A DNA stretch of 64,000 nt from Albugo candida (lineage: Eukaryota), in the NCBI GenBank assembly GCA_040437565.1, contig JBDOQK010000081.1, positions 1 through 64,000 on the forward strand. The letters run 5' to 3'. Shown here in pieces: positions 11,253 through 22,067 of this stretch. The position numbers were made by a program, and so were the translations under genes. The notes below the pieces were generated by a model. That model was given only the letters and a program-made list of their open reading frames with translations, was not told the origin of the DNA and did no database searches. How positions within the stretch are numbered: the first letter of the stretch is position 1; every line of letters starts with the position of its first letter.

Positions 11253-11586
11253 ATGGCTCAAACGAAAGGAAAAGAGATCGATTTTGTCGCTCAACAAGCC
11301 AATTTGACATCGCAAATCGAACGTGAACGCCTCGCTGCAACGAAATGGTGGGAAGATCACGGTCCTTGTTACATGGAGAGTGCCAAGCCAGAAGACTTCA
11401 CGCTGTCGCATCGTATAAAGCAATTGGAGAAGAAGCTTCAAACACCGGCGTAGGTATCATCTATCACAAGAAACACCGCATGAGATTGAATTTCTCTGTA
11501 GTTTTCAACAGGCGAAGTTGGTGACAACTTCAGCAGCGTATGGTGCTCGCCCGCCCTTCAAAGAATGCAGGGAGAGAAAGATTTGA
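11253..11586 (+). CDS. Small protein resembling the C20orf85/C2orf50-type ciliary microtubule inner proteins, 2 exons
   Basis: IDFVAQQANLTSQIERERLAATKWWEDHG. A GT..AG intron ending at 11500 adds FQQAKLVTTSAAYGARPPFKECRERKI*. The FVxQ...ExxAxxxW..xxG and TTxxxYG motifs are recalled for this family. Confidence 0.55.
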
Positions 11587-11665
11587 TACGAGTGTCGAGT
11601 ATTCCAGGACGGGTTGCTATTTAATATGAATTCAGATTGTTTGATTCTTTCGGTGGTCTTGCAAA

Positions 11666-13474
11666 TCAATCACAAAAGCTGTCTGGGTCAAGCACCTTAC
11701 GCACGGGCGTGTGGAACCAATAGAACAGGTATTGCAATTTGTAGTCGGCATTCGAGGGACGAAGCTGGCCAGTTTGGTCGACTGCGACTTTGTGTAAAAA
11801 GTCTGCTGCTTGGAGGAATGTCATCGCAGAAAGTTTCTCCAATGAAGTGAGTGTGAACTCGTGAAAGCGCTTCAGACGAAACTCGCGTGCAGAAGCAGAG
11901 ACCAGGATCTCATCGGGCGAAGTCTGATATTGCGTATCGACGATACTGGCTCCTATCTCTGTGTCATGCGATTGACTTCGTCGATTCCAGTTTGCTGATC
12001 CAATCCATAGAAAGGCATCATCGATGAGGATGACTTTACCGTGCATACAGACATTATCAGCGTCTTTGAGCTCATAGAGCTGCACTTTAGTCGGAAATTG
12101 TCGCAACATTGGCGCTATCATATCATACCGAAGCTTTTCGTAGCCGAAAATGCGCCAGCCTGTAGAAATGGGCTGGAGTATGATGATGACCCGCTGGAGA
12201 CGTGGTAGAACGGTCAACATTGCCTCTAGAAAATCGGGAACGTACGCAAAATACTGATCCTCAATGTAGATGAAATTTTGTGCCATCAAAACAGCCTTCT
12301 TGATCCCTGCGTGAAGTGAAAATTCTCCTTTGGGAGCGAACGAATTGTAGGCGCCTTTGTGCTTACATCCAAACGTTCGGACAATTTGAACAGCACTTGG
12401 ACCGGGTTGTGGATACACGAGCGGATCAGCATACTTTCCCGTCGGATCCAATTCAATATTTGCCAAGGGAGTGTGTGGTGGATTCTTGACACCAAGCTCC
12501 GAGTCTCGTAGTTGTTGAATGGGCTCCCCTCGGGCATTCCAGCGTGCAATGTAATTATTCGCGACATCTGCCGCAGCAGGGCCATGGATACCGACCTGGG
12601 CATCAATCCAGCCTTTGAACTCAAGATTCACACCAGCATTTTCACGAAGTCGCGTTTCGTTATGTGTTATTGTGTCCCATCGATCTTTGTAAAGATCGAC
12701 TCCACCAATATACGCTGTGAGTTGATGATTCCGCTTGATAATAAACATCTTCTGATGGTGAGACCCGATAATTGACGGAACTCGGTCGTCGTACACAAAT
12801 CGAGCCGAGCCATCAAATGGTTTGGGTAAGACGTCGTTCATGACGCGTTGTACCTCCCGCCCGGCTGAGATTTGGGGACTTGCCCAAATGAGAGCGCGAA
12901 TGTCAGCGCCTTTGGCTTGTACGACACGTAATATCTCAGTGAGTCTAGTCTGATCGAATCTCATCGCTCGTGGATCCATTACGACGTTAGCGATGTTCCA
13001 TCCAGCAAAATAGACACGATCATTGGTGCTGGAAACAGAGAGCATATCGTTCAATATCGCCGAGTAATAGTCGCTTGTGACCGGGTACGTGGTGATGTTG
13101 TTACCGAGAGAGTATAATTGCAATCCATTGCGAGGCACACCTGACCGTGATGCTCTCATTTCAGCTTCGGTTAAGAACCATTTCGCAGGCTCCAGCACTG
13201 GCTGTATTGGCTGTAGTCTCGTGGCGTTGTATGTGCCCGGGCGAAGAACGCTACTTAATACGCATGTGGTGCTTTGGAAACTATAACGGCACGCATGACA
13301 AGGCTCACAGATGCATAAGCGATGCAGCATTTTGAATACACTGTGAATACGGCTGCATTGGATATTACTTTCAAAGGAATCCGCAATGTTGGAGAGAGCG
13401 CTTTTAGCTTCCGATTGTTTACATGCGATAGCAATCGCTGCAGCGAGAGCATTCTCTACAAAATTCCACCGCAT
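11666..13474 (-). CDS. Secreted phospholipase D-like protein (sPLD-like), 602 aa
   Basis: Signal-peptide-like N-terminus, HHQKMFIIK (variant HKD1), AYIGGVD, FIYIEDQYF, HGKVILIDD (HKD2), GSANWNRRS. Confidence 0.93.
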   Translation of the reverse strand: MRWNFVENALAAAIAIACKQSEAKSALSNIADSFESNIQCSRIHSVFKMLHRLCICEPCHACRYSFQSTTCVLSSVLRPGTYNATRLQPIQPVLEPAKWFLTEAEMRASRSGVPRNGLQLYSLGNNITTYPVTSDYYSAILNDMLSVSSTNDRVYFAGWNIANVVMDPRAMRFDQTRLTEILRVVQAKGADIRALIWASPQISAGREVQRVMNDVLPKPFDGSARFVYDDRVPSIIGSHHQKMFIIKRNHQLTAYIGGVDLYKDRWDTITHNETRLRENAGVNLEFKGWIDAQVGIHGPAAADVANNYIARWNARGEPIQQLRDSELGVKNPPHTPLANIELDPTGKYADPLVYPQPGPSAVQIVRTFGCKHKGAYNSFAPKGEFSLHAGIKKAVLMAQNFIYIEDQYFAYVPDFLEAMLTVLPRLQRVIIILQPISTGWRIFGYEKLRYDMIAPMLRQFPTKVQLYELKDADNVCMHGKVILIDDAFLWIGSANWNRRSQSHDTEIGASIVDTQYQTSPDEILVSASAREFRLKRFHEFTLTSLEKLSAMTFLQAADFLHKVAVDQTGQLRPSNADYKLQYLFYWFHTPVRKVLDPDSFCD

Positions 13475-13645
13475 TCTGCAAGTAAATTAAATTAATGAAT
13501 GCAGAAAAACGCTCATCGAGCGATTTCAATGTGTCGACATGCTACTAACCCGATACCCGTCGTGTTTTGTGGTATAACGCCTTTCAAGCGCAACGTTTGT
13601 CAATGTGGCGATCGCTTTCCAGTTATGTGGACAGTGAGATCACTA

Positions 13646-13997
13646 CGCGGACGACAAGACAATAACAATGAGACGTTTGATTGATTTTCAGTGTTATGGC
13701 CGAGCACAAAAGTTCTCCGGGTCGATTTTTTTGTGAAGGCGTTCGGGAAATCCGTCGAAAGCTAACTTGTCNNNNNNNNNNNNNNNNNNNNNNNNNNNNN
13801 NNNNNNNNNNNNNNNNNNNNNNNNNNNNNNNNNNNNNNNNNNNNNNNNNNNNNNNNNNNNNNNNNNNNNNNCGCGGACGACAAGACAATAACAATGAGAC
13901 GTTTGATTGATTTTCAGTGTTATGGCCGAGTACAAAAGTTCTCCGGGTCGATTTTTTTGTGAAGGCGTTCGGGAAATCCGTCGAAAGCTAACTTGTC
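13646..13997. repeat. Gap-flanking direct duplication with one SNP
   Basis: 13646-13771 = 13872-13997 except C13705 vs T13931. Confidence 0.95.
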
Positions 13998-15707
13998 ATC
14001 CAATACCAGCGGATGGATAAGACTATTCAGATCATAGGAGGCGGCATCCAGCGCATCGGCAGTTTGAAGAAAAGTCATTGTCTGTAGAGATTCGATCGTG
14101 AGCTTGGTCAGCTCACTAAATCGCGTTAGTCGAAACTCGCGTCCTAATTTCGTGACGGTGATGCCATCGGGCGTGGAAACGAGCTCAGTATCAATAATGT
14201 TTGCAGCGATTTCCGAGTCTTGTGACATACTTCGTCGATTCCAATTGCCTGATCCCGTGTAGTAAAAGACATCATCAATGATCAGCGTCTTTGCATGGAT
14301 ATATATTTTTGTAGCGGATTTGATACTATACACTTGAACTTTGTATGGAAAAGCACGTTGGAGCTTGCTCATCATTTGAAAAACATACTTTTCGTACCCG
14401 GCCAATTTCTCGCGTCCTTGCGGCACATTCGTGATCACAATGAGACGTTGTAGACCTGGGAGAACGCGTAGTAAAACATCTTGAACAGTAGTATCGACAG
14501 CAAAATACTGATCTTCAATGTAGATAAAGTTTTTTGCCATACTCAGTGCTTTGAGGCGAGACCGATACAGTGAAAACTCGCCTTTTGGTGCCACCTCCAG
14601 GGGTCCTCGGAAGGGATCACATGCAAATGTACGAACGATTTGTATCGCATGGGTTCCATTGACTGGTACATCCAATGGAGCGCTGTTCGTTCCGCAGAGA
14701 CTTTTATCAATGCTGGGTAGGAACGAGTACTTATCGTTATCAAAATCCATAAAATCGTGCATTTTACTGCCACTTGCAGCTTGTGTATCGTTCCACCGAG
14801 CGAGGAAATTGTTGGCAATGTCAAAAGCGGCAGGACCAGACAATCGAACGGCGGCATCGATCCAGCCGTTGTACGCGGAAGAATCACCCGATTTTTTGCG
14901 GACCGTCTGTGCGTCATGCGTTGACACATCCCAGCGTTCAATAGTGGCATCGATCCCTCCGACAAAAGCAGTCACTGAAGAACCTTTGCGTATCACAACG
15001 CTTTTTTGATGATGGGTAGCACTATTTGATGGAAGACGATCATCGAACAAAAAGCGTGATCCAGGGCTGCACGTTGGGGGTAGGAATTTTTTGTTGACAG
15101 TGTCTCGAACATCTTTGATAAAGTCATTTTCCAACACATTTGCCCAGCTCAGTATGCGAACATCTGTGCCTCTCTGTACACATTGCTGAAGAACGCTGAG
15201 CAATCTCGTTGTATCAGGCGATGCTGCAGCGGGATTGAGACTGATATTGGCAAATCCCCATCCAGTCATGTAAATTCGATCATCGTTACCATTCGTCGAC
15301 CCAAATTCTTCAAGAAGCTGTGCAAAGTACGCTGAAGTCGATGAATAATAAGTCACTCCATTACCAACAGTGTAGAGCTGAAGTTGTATTCGTGGAATCC
15401 CATTCCGGGCGGCTGTCATTTCCTCATCGGTCAAGAACCAGAAGACTGGCTCCAAAACAGGTTGCTCCATGGAGATATCAGCTCCAGTTGAAAAATTAGT
15501 TCCTTCCGGTTTAATTACGCATTGCTTGTTGGCATCGAAATGGCATAGAAAGCCTGGTTCACATGTTTGCATCTTGATGAACCCAAACGACTCCGCTCTG
15601 GCACATTTTGGTCGCTGATCCGCAGAGACATTTTGAGCTTTCAACGAGACTAAAAAAACGAAAATCCGCAGCAGGTTACGGATGCTTGGCTGTCGAAAGT
15701 GCTGCAT
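13920..15707 (-). CDS. Secreted phospholipase D-like protein (sPLD-like), 595 aa
   Basis: Signal peptide (LLRIFVFLVSLKAQNVSA), HHQKSVVIR, AFVGGID, FIYIEDQYF, HAKTLIIDD, GSGNWNRRS. Confidence 0.93.
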   Translation of the reverse strand: MQHFRQPSIRNLLRIFVFLVSLKAQNVSADQRPKCARAESFGFIKMQTCEPGFLCHFDANKQCVIKPEGTNFSTGADISMEQPVLEPVFWFLTDEEMTAARNGIPRIQLQLYTVGNGVTYYSSTSAYFAQLLEEFGSTNGNDDRIYMTGWGFANISLNPAAASPDTTRLLSVLQQCVQRGTDVRILSWANVLENDFIKDVRDTVNKKFLPPTCSPGSRFLFDDRLPSNSATHHQKSVVIRKGSSVTAFVGGIDATIERWDVSTHDAQTVRKKSGDSSAYNGWIDAAVRLSGPAAFDIANNFLARWNDTQAASGSKMHDFMDFDNDKYSFLPSIDKSLCGTNSAPLDVPVNGTHAIQIVRTFACDPFRGPLEVAPKGEFSLYRSRLKALSMAKNFIYIEDQYFAVDTTVQDVLLRVLPGLQRLIVITNVPQGREKLAGYEKYVFQMMSKLQRAFPYKVQVYSIKSATKIYIHAKTLIIDDVFYYTGSGNWNRRSMSQDSEIAANIIDTELVSTPDGITVTKLGREFRLTRFSELTKLTIESLQTMTFLQTADALDAASYDLNSLIHPLVLDDKLAFDGFPERLHKKIDPENFCTRP

Positions 15708-16148
15708 TGTTTTAGACGATGGGAATGTTAGAGTGAGACTTATTCAAACTCACGTGTCGCCACGTGTTTACAACCGCCCAACATATATACAAAAGATGCA
15801 CTGTCGTCTTCTTCTGTATGTTAACGTACAGAATGAAGCCAATTTCTACGGTCATATCTAATCGGATCTCTGAGCGAAATTTCTCAAGCTTTACGAGTGA
15901 GCTTGAGCCTGCATTCGCTTAGTCTTGATTTCAAGCATACAACGATCTGTTTATCAAAGACAGAAGCTGTAAAGTGTGGGCTTTGCATTCCGAATGTGGA
16001 AGCAAACTCTATCATCATTTATTGGCTGCTGAGCTTTCGTCTCACCTATACGGATCAGATTACTCTCATTCGAATTCCAGATTCGAATCGGTAGCCTCTC
16101 TTTTCGTTGATGAACCCCTTTACAGTCTCCATTCAACAACATTCAACG

Positions 16149-18094
16149 ATGGGTGAATTCAGTTCTCCGACACAAGCGGAAGGATTTGAAAATCGACGTG
16201 AAAAAACCGCTTCGATAGGTTCTTTTCTGGTTCAGCCAGAGACCGATCCGAGCACGTGGGTTCTTACTGAGAAGGAGCTGAATGCAGCCTGCAATGGTGT
16301 CGATCGCGATTGTAATCTCTCAGTCTTCTCGGAGGATAATGAGGTCACAATATTCACGTCGACCGATAAATTCTTTGCGTCTGTGTACTGCGATATCGAG
16401 TCACTTCCAGCCAACGAAGGCGCGAATCTCTGGTTCACGGGATGGTCAACAGCAGATATTCCATTTGTACCACATGCGGATGGATGGGAAGATACCACTT
16501 TTATCAAAGTGCTGGAACGGGCCATTGAGAAGAATGTGAATGTTCATGGTCTTGTGTGGTGTAATGTCACTGAAAAAGAGCAAAATCAGAGAATGCAAGA
16601 GCACATTAACACGTACTTGACGTGTGATGGCGAGAAGAAACATCGCTTTATTTTTGATGATCGTCTTCCTCATCTCACATCGTCGCATCATCAAAAGTCC
16701 ATTTTCCTTTCGACGAGACACCGCACTATTGCGTACATTGGAGGTATCGATCTCACCTCTGAGCGTTGGGACACTCATGAACACGACCAAGCCGGTATGG
16801 AAGTTCGTGAATCTAGAGGTATTGAGGTCGAGTATAAAGGGTGGGTGGATGCTGCTGTCCGAATTGTTGGACCTGCGACTAGAGATGTGGCCGCAAATTT
16901 TGTTGCTCGTTGGAATTCGNNNNNNNNNNNNNNNNNNNNNNNNNNNNNNNNNNNNNNNNNNNNNNNNNNNNNNNNNNNNNNNNNNNNNNNNNNNNNNNNN
17001 NNNNNNNNNNNNNNNNNNNTGCGTACATTGGAGGTATCGATCTCACCTCTGAGCGTTGGGACACTCATGAACACGACCAAGCCGGTATGGAAGTTCGTGA
17101 ATCTAGAGGTATTGAGGTCGAGTATAAAGGGTGGGTGGATGCTGCTGTCCGAATTGTTGGACCTGCGACTAGAGATGTGGCCGCAAATTTTGTTGCTCGT
17201 TGGAATTCGGAAACGCCACCTTTGTCTGCATCCTCGGACATATTCATGTCTGATAATCCACCATTTGAATCGAGGCCGCTCTTGGAGATACCGCGAACTA
17301 CTTTATCAACTTCCATTCGGCTCGGAGGACACAGCGATCAAACTCAATTCTCGGAGGTGTGTGTACAAGTCGTGCGAACATTCAGTCCAGAGTACGAACA
17401 TTACGAATTCGCTCCTCGCGGTGAGCTATCGATCTACCACGCTCGATTGAAAGCGATTCAGAATGCGAAAAACTTTATCTACATCGAAGATCAATACTTT
17501 ATCCTTGTCTCAGCATTACGAGTGCTGCTACTGGAAAAGCTTGATACTATACAGAAATTGGTAATTGTGACGCAACAAACGATCCCGCAATTTAGCGGAG
17601 ACGCGTATGCCCGTCTTCTCTTCGAAATGATACAGCCATTGCGTGCCAAAGCGCCAAACAAAGTCCACGTGTACACAATCGATGAAAAGAATCGCATTTA
17701 CATTCATACAAAAGTCGTCCTTGTCGATGATGTGTTTATATCTATTGGATCCAGCAACTGGAATCAACGAAGTATGACATCAGATAGTGAGATTGCGGCT
17801 AATTTGATCGGCAAACAGCTAATGTCGACGCCGCAAGACCACCTCAAAGTCTCAAAGCTCGCTTTTCAATTCCGCTGTCAGAAATTCAGTGAGTTTACGA
17901 GAATTCCAGTGTCAAAATACTATCGTGAATGGAGTTTTGCGGACAGCATTCAATCGCTGGATCAATCAGCTTCCGATAATGCAAATGAGAACGGAAAGGG
18001 GCTTCTTCGCTTTCTCGACGTGAATTATGAGGACGGATTCGACATCAATTTCGATGAACTCATTGATCCCTACGACGTCTATAAACTCGATTAA
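16149..18094 (+). CDS. Phospholipase D-like protein without signal peptide, ~551 aa after collapsing gap duplication
   Basis: HHQKSIFLS, AYIGGID, FIYIEDQYF, HTKVVLVDD, GSSNWNQRS. 16730-16919 is duplicated as 17020-17209. Alternative ATG at 16110. Confidence 0.92.
16730..17209. repeat. Gap-flanking direct duplication within PLD-like gene
   Basis: 16730-16919 = 17020-17209. Confidence 0.95.
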
Positions 18095-18429
18095 GTGTTT
18101 CGCACTGATATCACTCAAGTTGCGAGCCAATAAGTTGATAGTTATTGGTAGTGATAGTGCGCTCGATATCACGCAATAGCAATGGGTTCGATAACGAGCA
18201 TAGTCAATAAACGGCGAATCGATCGATTCTTAAGCAGTAATACGCCGTAAGAGTAATTCAAAATTCATCGTTTATTCCTTTATGCGTTGTACGGCGTCAA
18301 ATACACCTGAGCCGCTGGATGTATGACCCGCAGTGTCAAAAGCTCAAATGCTTAATAATTCCGTAATTTAAGTTGTGTGGTAGGAATAAAGTCATCGGTA
18401 GCGTTTGTGTACAAATTTACAGTTAATAA

Positions 18430-20040
18430 ATGTCGAATACTACGCTTTGTCGCGCTAAATTAGTCATTCTATCGATCAATGACGTCTACGATATGTATCC
18501 AAACCAATTCGGTCAAGGAGGTTTGCGCTTGCAATAGGTCACAAAGATTGTTATTCACACGAGCCGTTGATAGGGATCTCAGAACTTGCTACGCTGCTTC
18601 AAAAAGAGAGGGAAAAAGTCTCACCGGATGCCCAGCTGCTGGTGACCGTAAACGGCGATTTTCTCTCGGGATCGATGTTGGCGGTAGCGTGTAAAGGGTA
18701 CGAACAACAGGAAATACGCGTTTTCTTCTGAATGGGCTCTCCATAGGGCGCATATGATTGCAATTTTGAATTATCTTGCGGTGGATTTTGTAGTTTTCGG
18801 GAATCATGAGTTTGACTTTGGAGTCGATACACTTATTGAGCGTATGTCGGAGTCGACTTTCAGTTGGTTTGGGTCAAATGTGTTCCTACAGCGTCGCCAA
18901 CAAAGCGAGAAAATGATGCTTCCAGGCGTGCTGGAATACCGAATATTGCCACTGCGCGATTCCGGACTGAAGCTTGGTATTTTTGGCGTTTGTACGGAAG
19001 CAACTCCGCAACTTTCATATCCAGGAGATGACGTGGTGTTTGAAGACGTTATCGCGACGTCGAAACGATGTGTGCGGGTGCTGAAAGAGGAGCATCATGT
19101 CGATTTTCTCATCGCGCTGACTCACATGAGCATGGAGGAAGATCGTACTTTGGCTCGAAATGCACCAGAAATCGACTTTATTCTCGGTGGACATGATCAT
19201 GAACCTTTCACACTATACGAAGGCCATACACTGATACATAAATCGGGTCAAAATGCAAATTGGCTCGCGCGATTCGACTTTGCGATTTCCAAATCACAGT
19301 ATCGGGATGGAGAGACATCGAGTCAGGAGTCTGTAAGCGTCATACCTCAATGGAGCATGCTTGCCAACTATAATCAGCAGCCTGATGAGACTTGCTCGGC
19401 GATTGTGGAAAGATATGCGAAAATAGTACCAGTTAGTACGCAAACTGACTGTGTTCTGGCAACGTTGCAACTCCCATTGTCGACGCGCACATCAGATCTA
19501 CGGTCTGGTGAGTGTAATATGGCCAACTTGGTTGCAGATGCTCTGCGTCTTGAATTACAGGCGGATGTTGGATTTATAAATGGCGGCTTTATTCGTGGAG
19601 ATCGTGAGTATGCGTCGAAGACTCCACTCACACTGAGCATACTACAACAGGAGATGCCATTTCCAAAGCCTGCTGTCACTGTCAAGATCAAGACTATTGA
19701 CTTTCGTAATGCGATGCTTCAACAGTTTGCATCCTACCCGAAACAATCAGGCTCACATCCTCATATTTCCGGAGTCGTTATCACATATGATCGACGACAA
19801 GCTCCGTACGCTATCAGAATCAAATCGGATACGTCAGGCGAAGAGCTCGATGACAATGCCGAAATTCGAGTCGCGACGTCCATGTTTGTAGCGGAGGGGA
19901 GGGACGGATGTACTTCATGGTTGAATGGTGAGATTATTGCTCAACGGGATCTCGTTTCTTCTGTGGTGCGTGATTTTCTCGTCAAACAGAGGATTGTTGC
20001 ATACGCTGAGACGGAAAAGCGTATACAAATATACGAATAG
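18430..20040 (+). CDS. 5'-nucleotidase/apyrase family metallophosphoesterase, 3 exons
   Basis: Spliced N-terminus MSNTTLCRAKLVILSINDVYD...VNGDFLSGS joins the ORF with FGNHEFDFG, IALTH, LGGHDH, R..ECNMANLVADA, INGGFIRG. Confidence 0.92.
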
Positions 20041-20084
20041 AACGATTTCCACGATCGATCGAGCTTGTACGTCGTCTGATCGAG

Positions 20085-21869
20085 CTAGTTGCTGCCATCA
20101 AATGAGTCAATCTGTACCGGACGAGCGGATTGACAGTCGAGCTTTTCGAGTTCCTGGCAAAAGAGGCGCTCTTGAGGATCACTCAATGTCCGTCGAGCTA
20201 TTTTGCGCTTCAACTTTCTCCACGCTTTTGCCTTTTTCTTCACAAGTAAAGCAGCGAGAGGATTCAGCCGATCTTGTGTCGAATTTCGTACAAATTGGTC
20301 AAAAGTCAGAGTATGTGATTCACAATCGACCGCAGACGTGTCATCATCCAAGTCTGAAGCATCATTGTCCGATTGATCTTGGCTTTCGTCCGAGTCGGAT
20401 ACTGCAGTCCGCATTATATCCTCCTGAGTGTCGTTCTCTTCCACTTTACAAACTTGTGCGACGCTGTCTGCAGAGTGAGCCTCAGACATTGAGACATCTT
20501 TCACGTCCTTTTCAGACTCTGAGAGGAAAACTACGCGAGGATTGAGAATCGCATCGATATCAAATTCCTCACTCATTGTCGAGACGACTGTTGTTTCCAG
20601 CAGCATATCTTTCGGATCGATACCCGTCAATGATACTGGAGGTTGGACGCAGAATGGGATTTTGCCACGATTCCAATCTTGTAAGACCATTTTGGCTGCT
20701 GCCTGACGATCGGGAACCCCTCCTTTTCCAAGTTTTCCAGACATTTTAGCCACCAGATGAAGAAATTCATGACTGTTTCTAGTAAAAACGGCCTTATTAT
20801 GATCTCGAGAATGGAGCTTGTACACTCGTGAGAGCTGCTCGGGATCACATTGTTCCAAAAGCACCTGAACTGCTTGGACCGGATCTTGTACTGATTCTGG
20901 ATTGATACAATTTCGCAAAAGCAATCGATCGGTGTCAGAGTCATCAAATACGATTCCTGGACAATCTAGCAATTTGATTTTACTATCAATTTGGACCTGT
21001 TGGAGACACTTTGTGTGGCCTGCAATCGATGAGACACTTGCGGCCTTACTTCTCTTCAACGAGTTGATAATTGAACTCTTACCGACGTTCGGATAGCCGA
21101 TGACGCCAACGGTGATGGCTGTCTTGATATTGAGATTTCGACAATAGTTTTTGAGCAATTGCATCAGTGCGTCGGTACCAACGGCTCCGCGTGATTGAGT
21201 GGAGCCGCCAAGATTGAGTCGTTTTGCGGCTCCGGTGACGCGATTCTGACTCAAATTGTGACTCTGTTCTTGTGTGGATGCTTTGAACGCAACTGTGGGG
21301 TACAATTGTCGAAGGAATGTCAGCCATTTGAGCACATTCGATTGTGGAATCAGATCGATTTTATTCAGAATCAGAACAAGTTTCTTGCCAGGCTGTGAAT
21401 GGATCTCTTCTTCCAACGCGGCACAGCGACAGCCATTGGGATCCCTGGCATCTAATACTTGCAGAAGAACGTCCGATTGTTGAATCACCCGATTCAATTC
21501 TTTTCGATATAGTCGGGTGACGCCTGCTTGAACGGGTAAAGTGGCGGGTACATTCACTTCTGCTTGTATTTGTTTGCATGCGAAAGCTTCGTCTGATTGC
21601 TGTGCATTTGTAACAAGTTGCTCAAGAGATTTCAATTGGCCGGTCGAATGCTGCGGTGGTTTTCCAGAGCGGTGTTGATGGTGACGCCATTGTTTCAATT
21701 CGTTTCGTTTCTCGCATAATTTCTGGGAGTTGCATCGTTTAATTGCTTTACCACGAGACTTGGAAGCCTTTGGTGGATTCCGTTTGCCAGACATGTCAAT
21801 GTCGTTAGTTGTAGATTCCGTTGAGCGCTTCCGAACACGACCGCGTCCATTCTGTTTCTTGTCGGTCAT
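20085..21869 (-). CDS. Nucleostemin/GNL3/Nug1-like circularly permuted GTPase
   Basis: VLDARDP, LNKIDL (G4) precede GYPNVGKSS (G1) and DCPG (G3); LGKGGVPD...LQDWNRGKIPF. First ATG taken at 21869. Confidence 0.92.
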   Translation of the reverse strand: MTDKKQNGRGRVRKRSTESTTNDIDMSGKRNPPKASKSRGKAIKRCNSQKLCEKRNELKQWRHHQHRSGKPPQHSTGQLKSLEQLVTNAQQSDEAFACKQIQAEVNVPATLPVQAGVTRLYRKELNRVIQQSDVLLQVLDARDPNGCRCAALEEEIHSQPGKKLVLILNKIDLIPQSNVLKWLTFLRQLYPTVAFKASTQEQSHNLSQNRVTGAAKRLNLGGSTQSRGAVGTDALMQLLKNYCRNLNIKTAITVGVIGYPNVGKSSIINSLKRSKAASVSSIAGHTKCLQQVQIDSKIKLLDCPGIVFDDSDTDRLLLRNCINPESVQDPVQAVQVLLEQCDPEQLSRVYKLHSRDHNKAVFTRNSHEFLHLVAKMSGKLGKGGVPDRQAAAKMVLQDWNRGKIPFCVQPPVSLTGIDPKDMLLETTVVSTMSEEFDIDAILNPRVVFLSESEKDVKDVSMSEAHSADSVAQVCKVEENDTQEDIMRTAVSDSDESQDQSDNDASDLDDDTSAVDCESHTLTFDQFVRNSTQDRLNPLAALLVKKKAKAWRKLKRKIARRTLSDPQERLFCQELEKLDCQSARPVQIDSFDGSN

Positions 21870-22067
21870 TTTGGTTGGTTCCGGTTTGAAATTGTTAGGA
21901 ACAGTTAGATAACTTTTGAAAACTGCTATCTTGTTACGTAACTGCACGATGTTGAACTTGAACTTTAAAGACAAAGTGAGCGATGGAAATGCGGTGAAAC
22001 GCAGTACAGCTATGTAACAAATACGTGGAATTCAAACATGCCGAAACAGCACATACGGATAATTCCA

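Noticed and set aside
13675..13771. Extra PLD C-terminal fragment suggesting a fourth paralog
   Set aside because: It is the overlap copy of the 13920 gene end, differing by one SNP.
19925..20545. 206-aa plus-strand ORF
   Set aside because: Overlaps the 3' ends of two well-supported genes; no domain signal.
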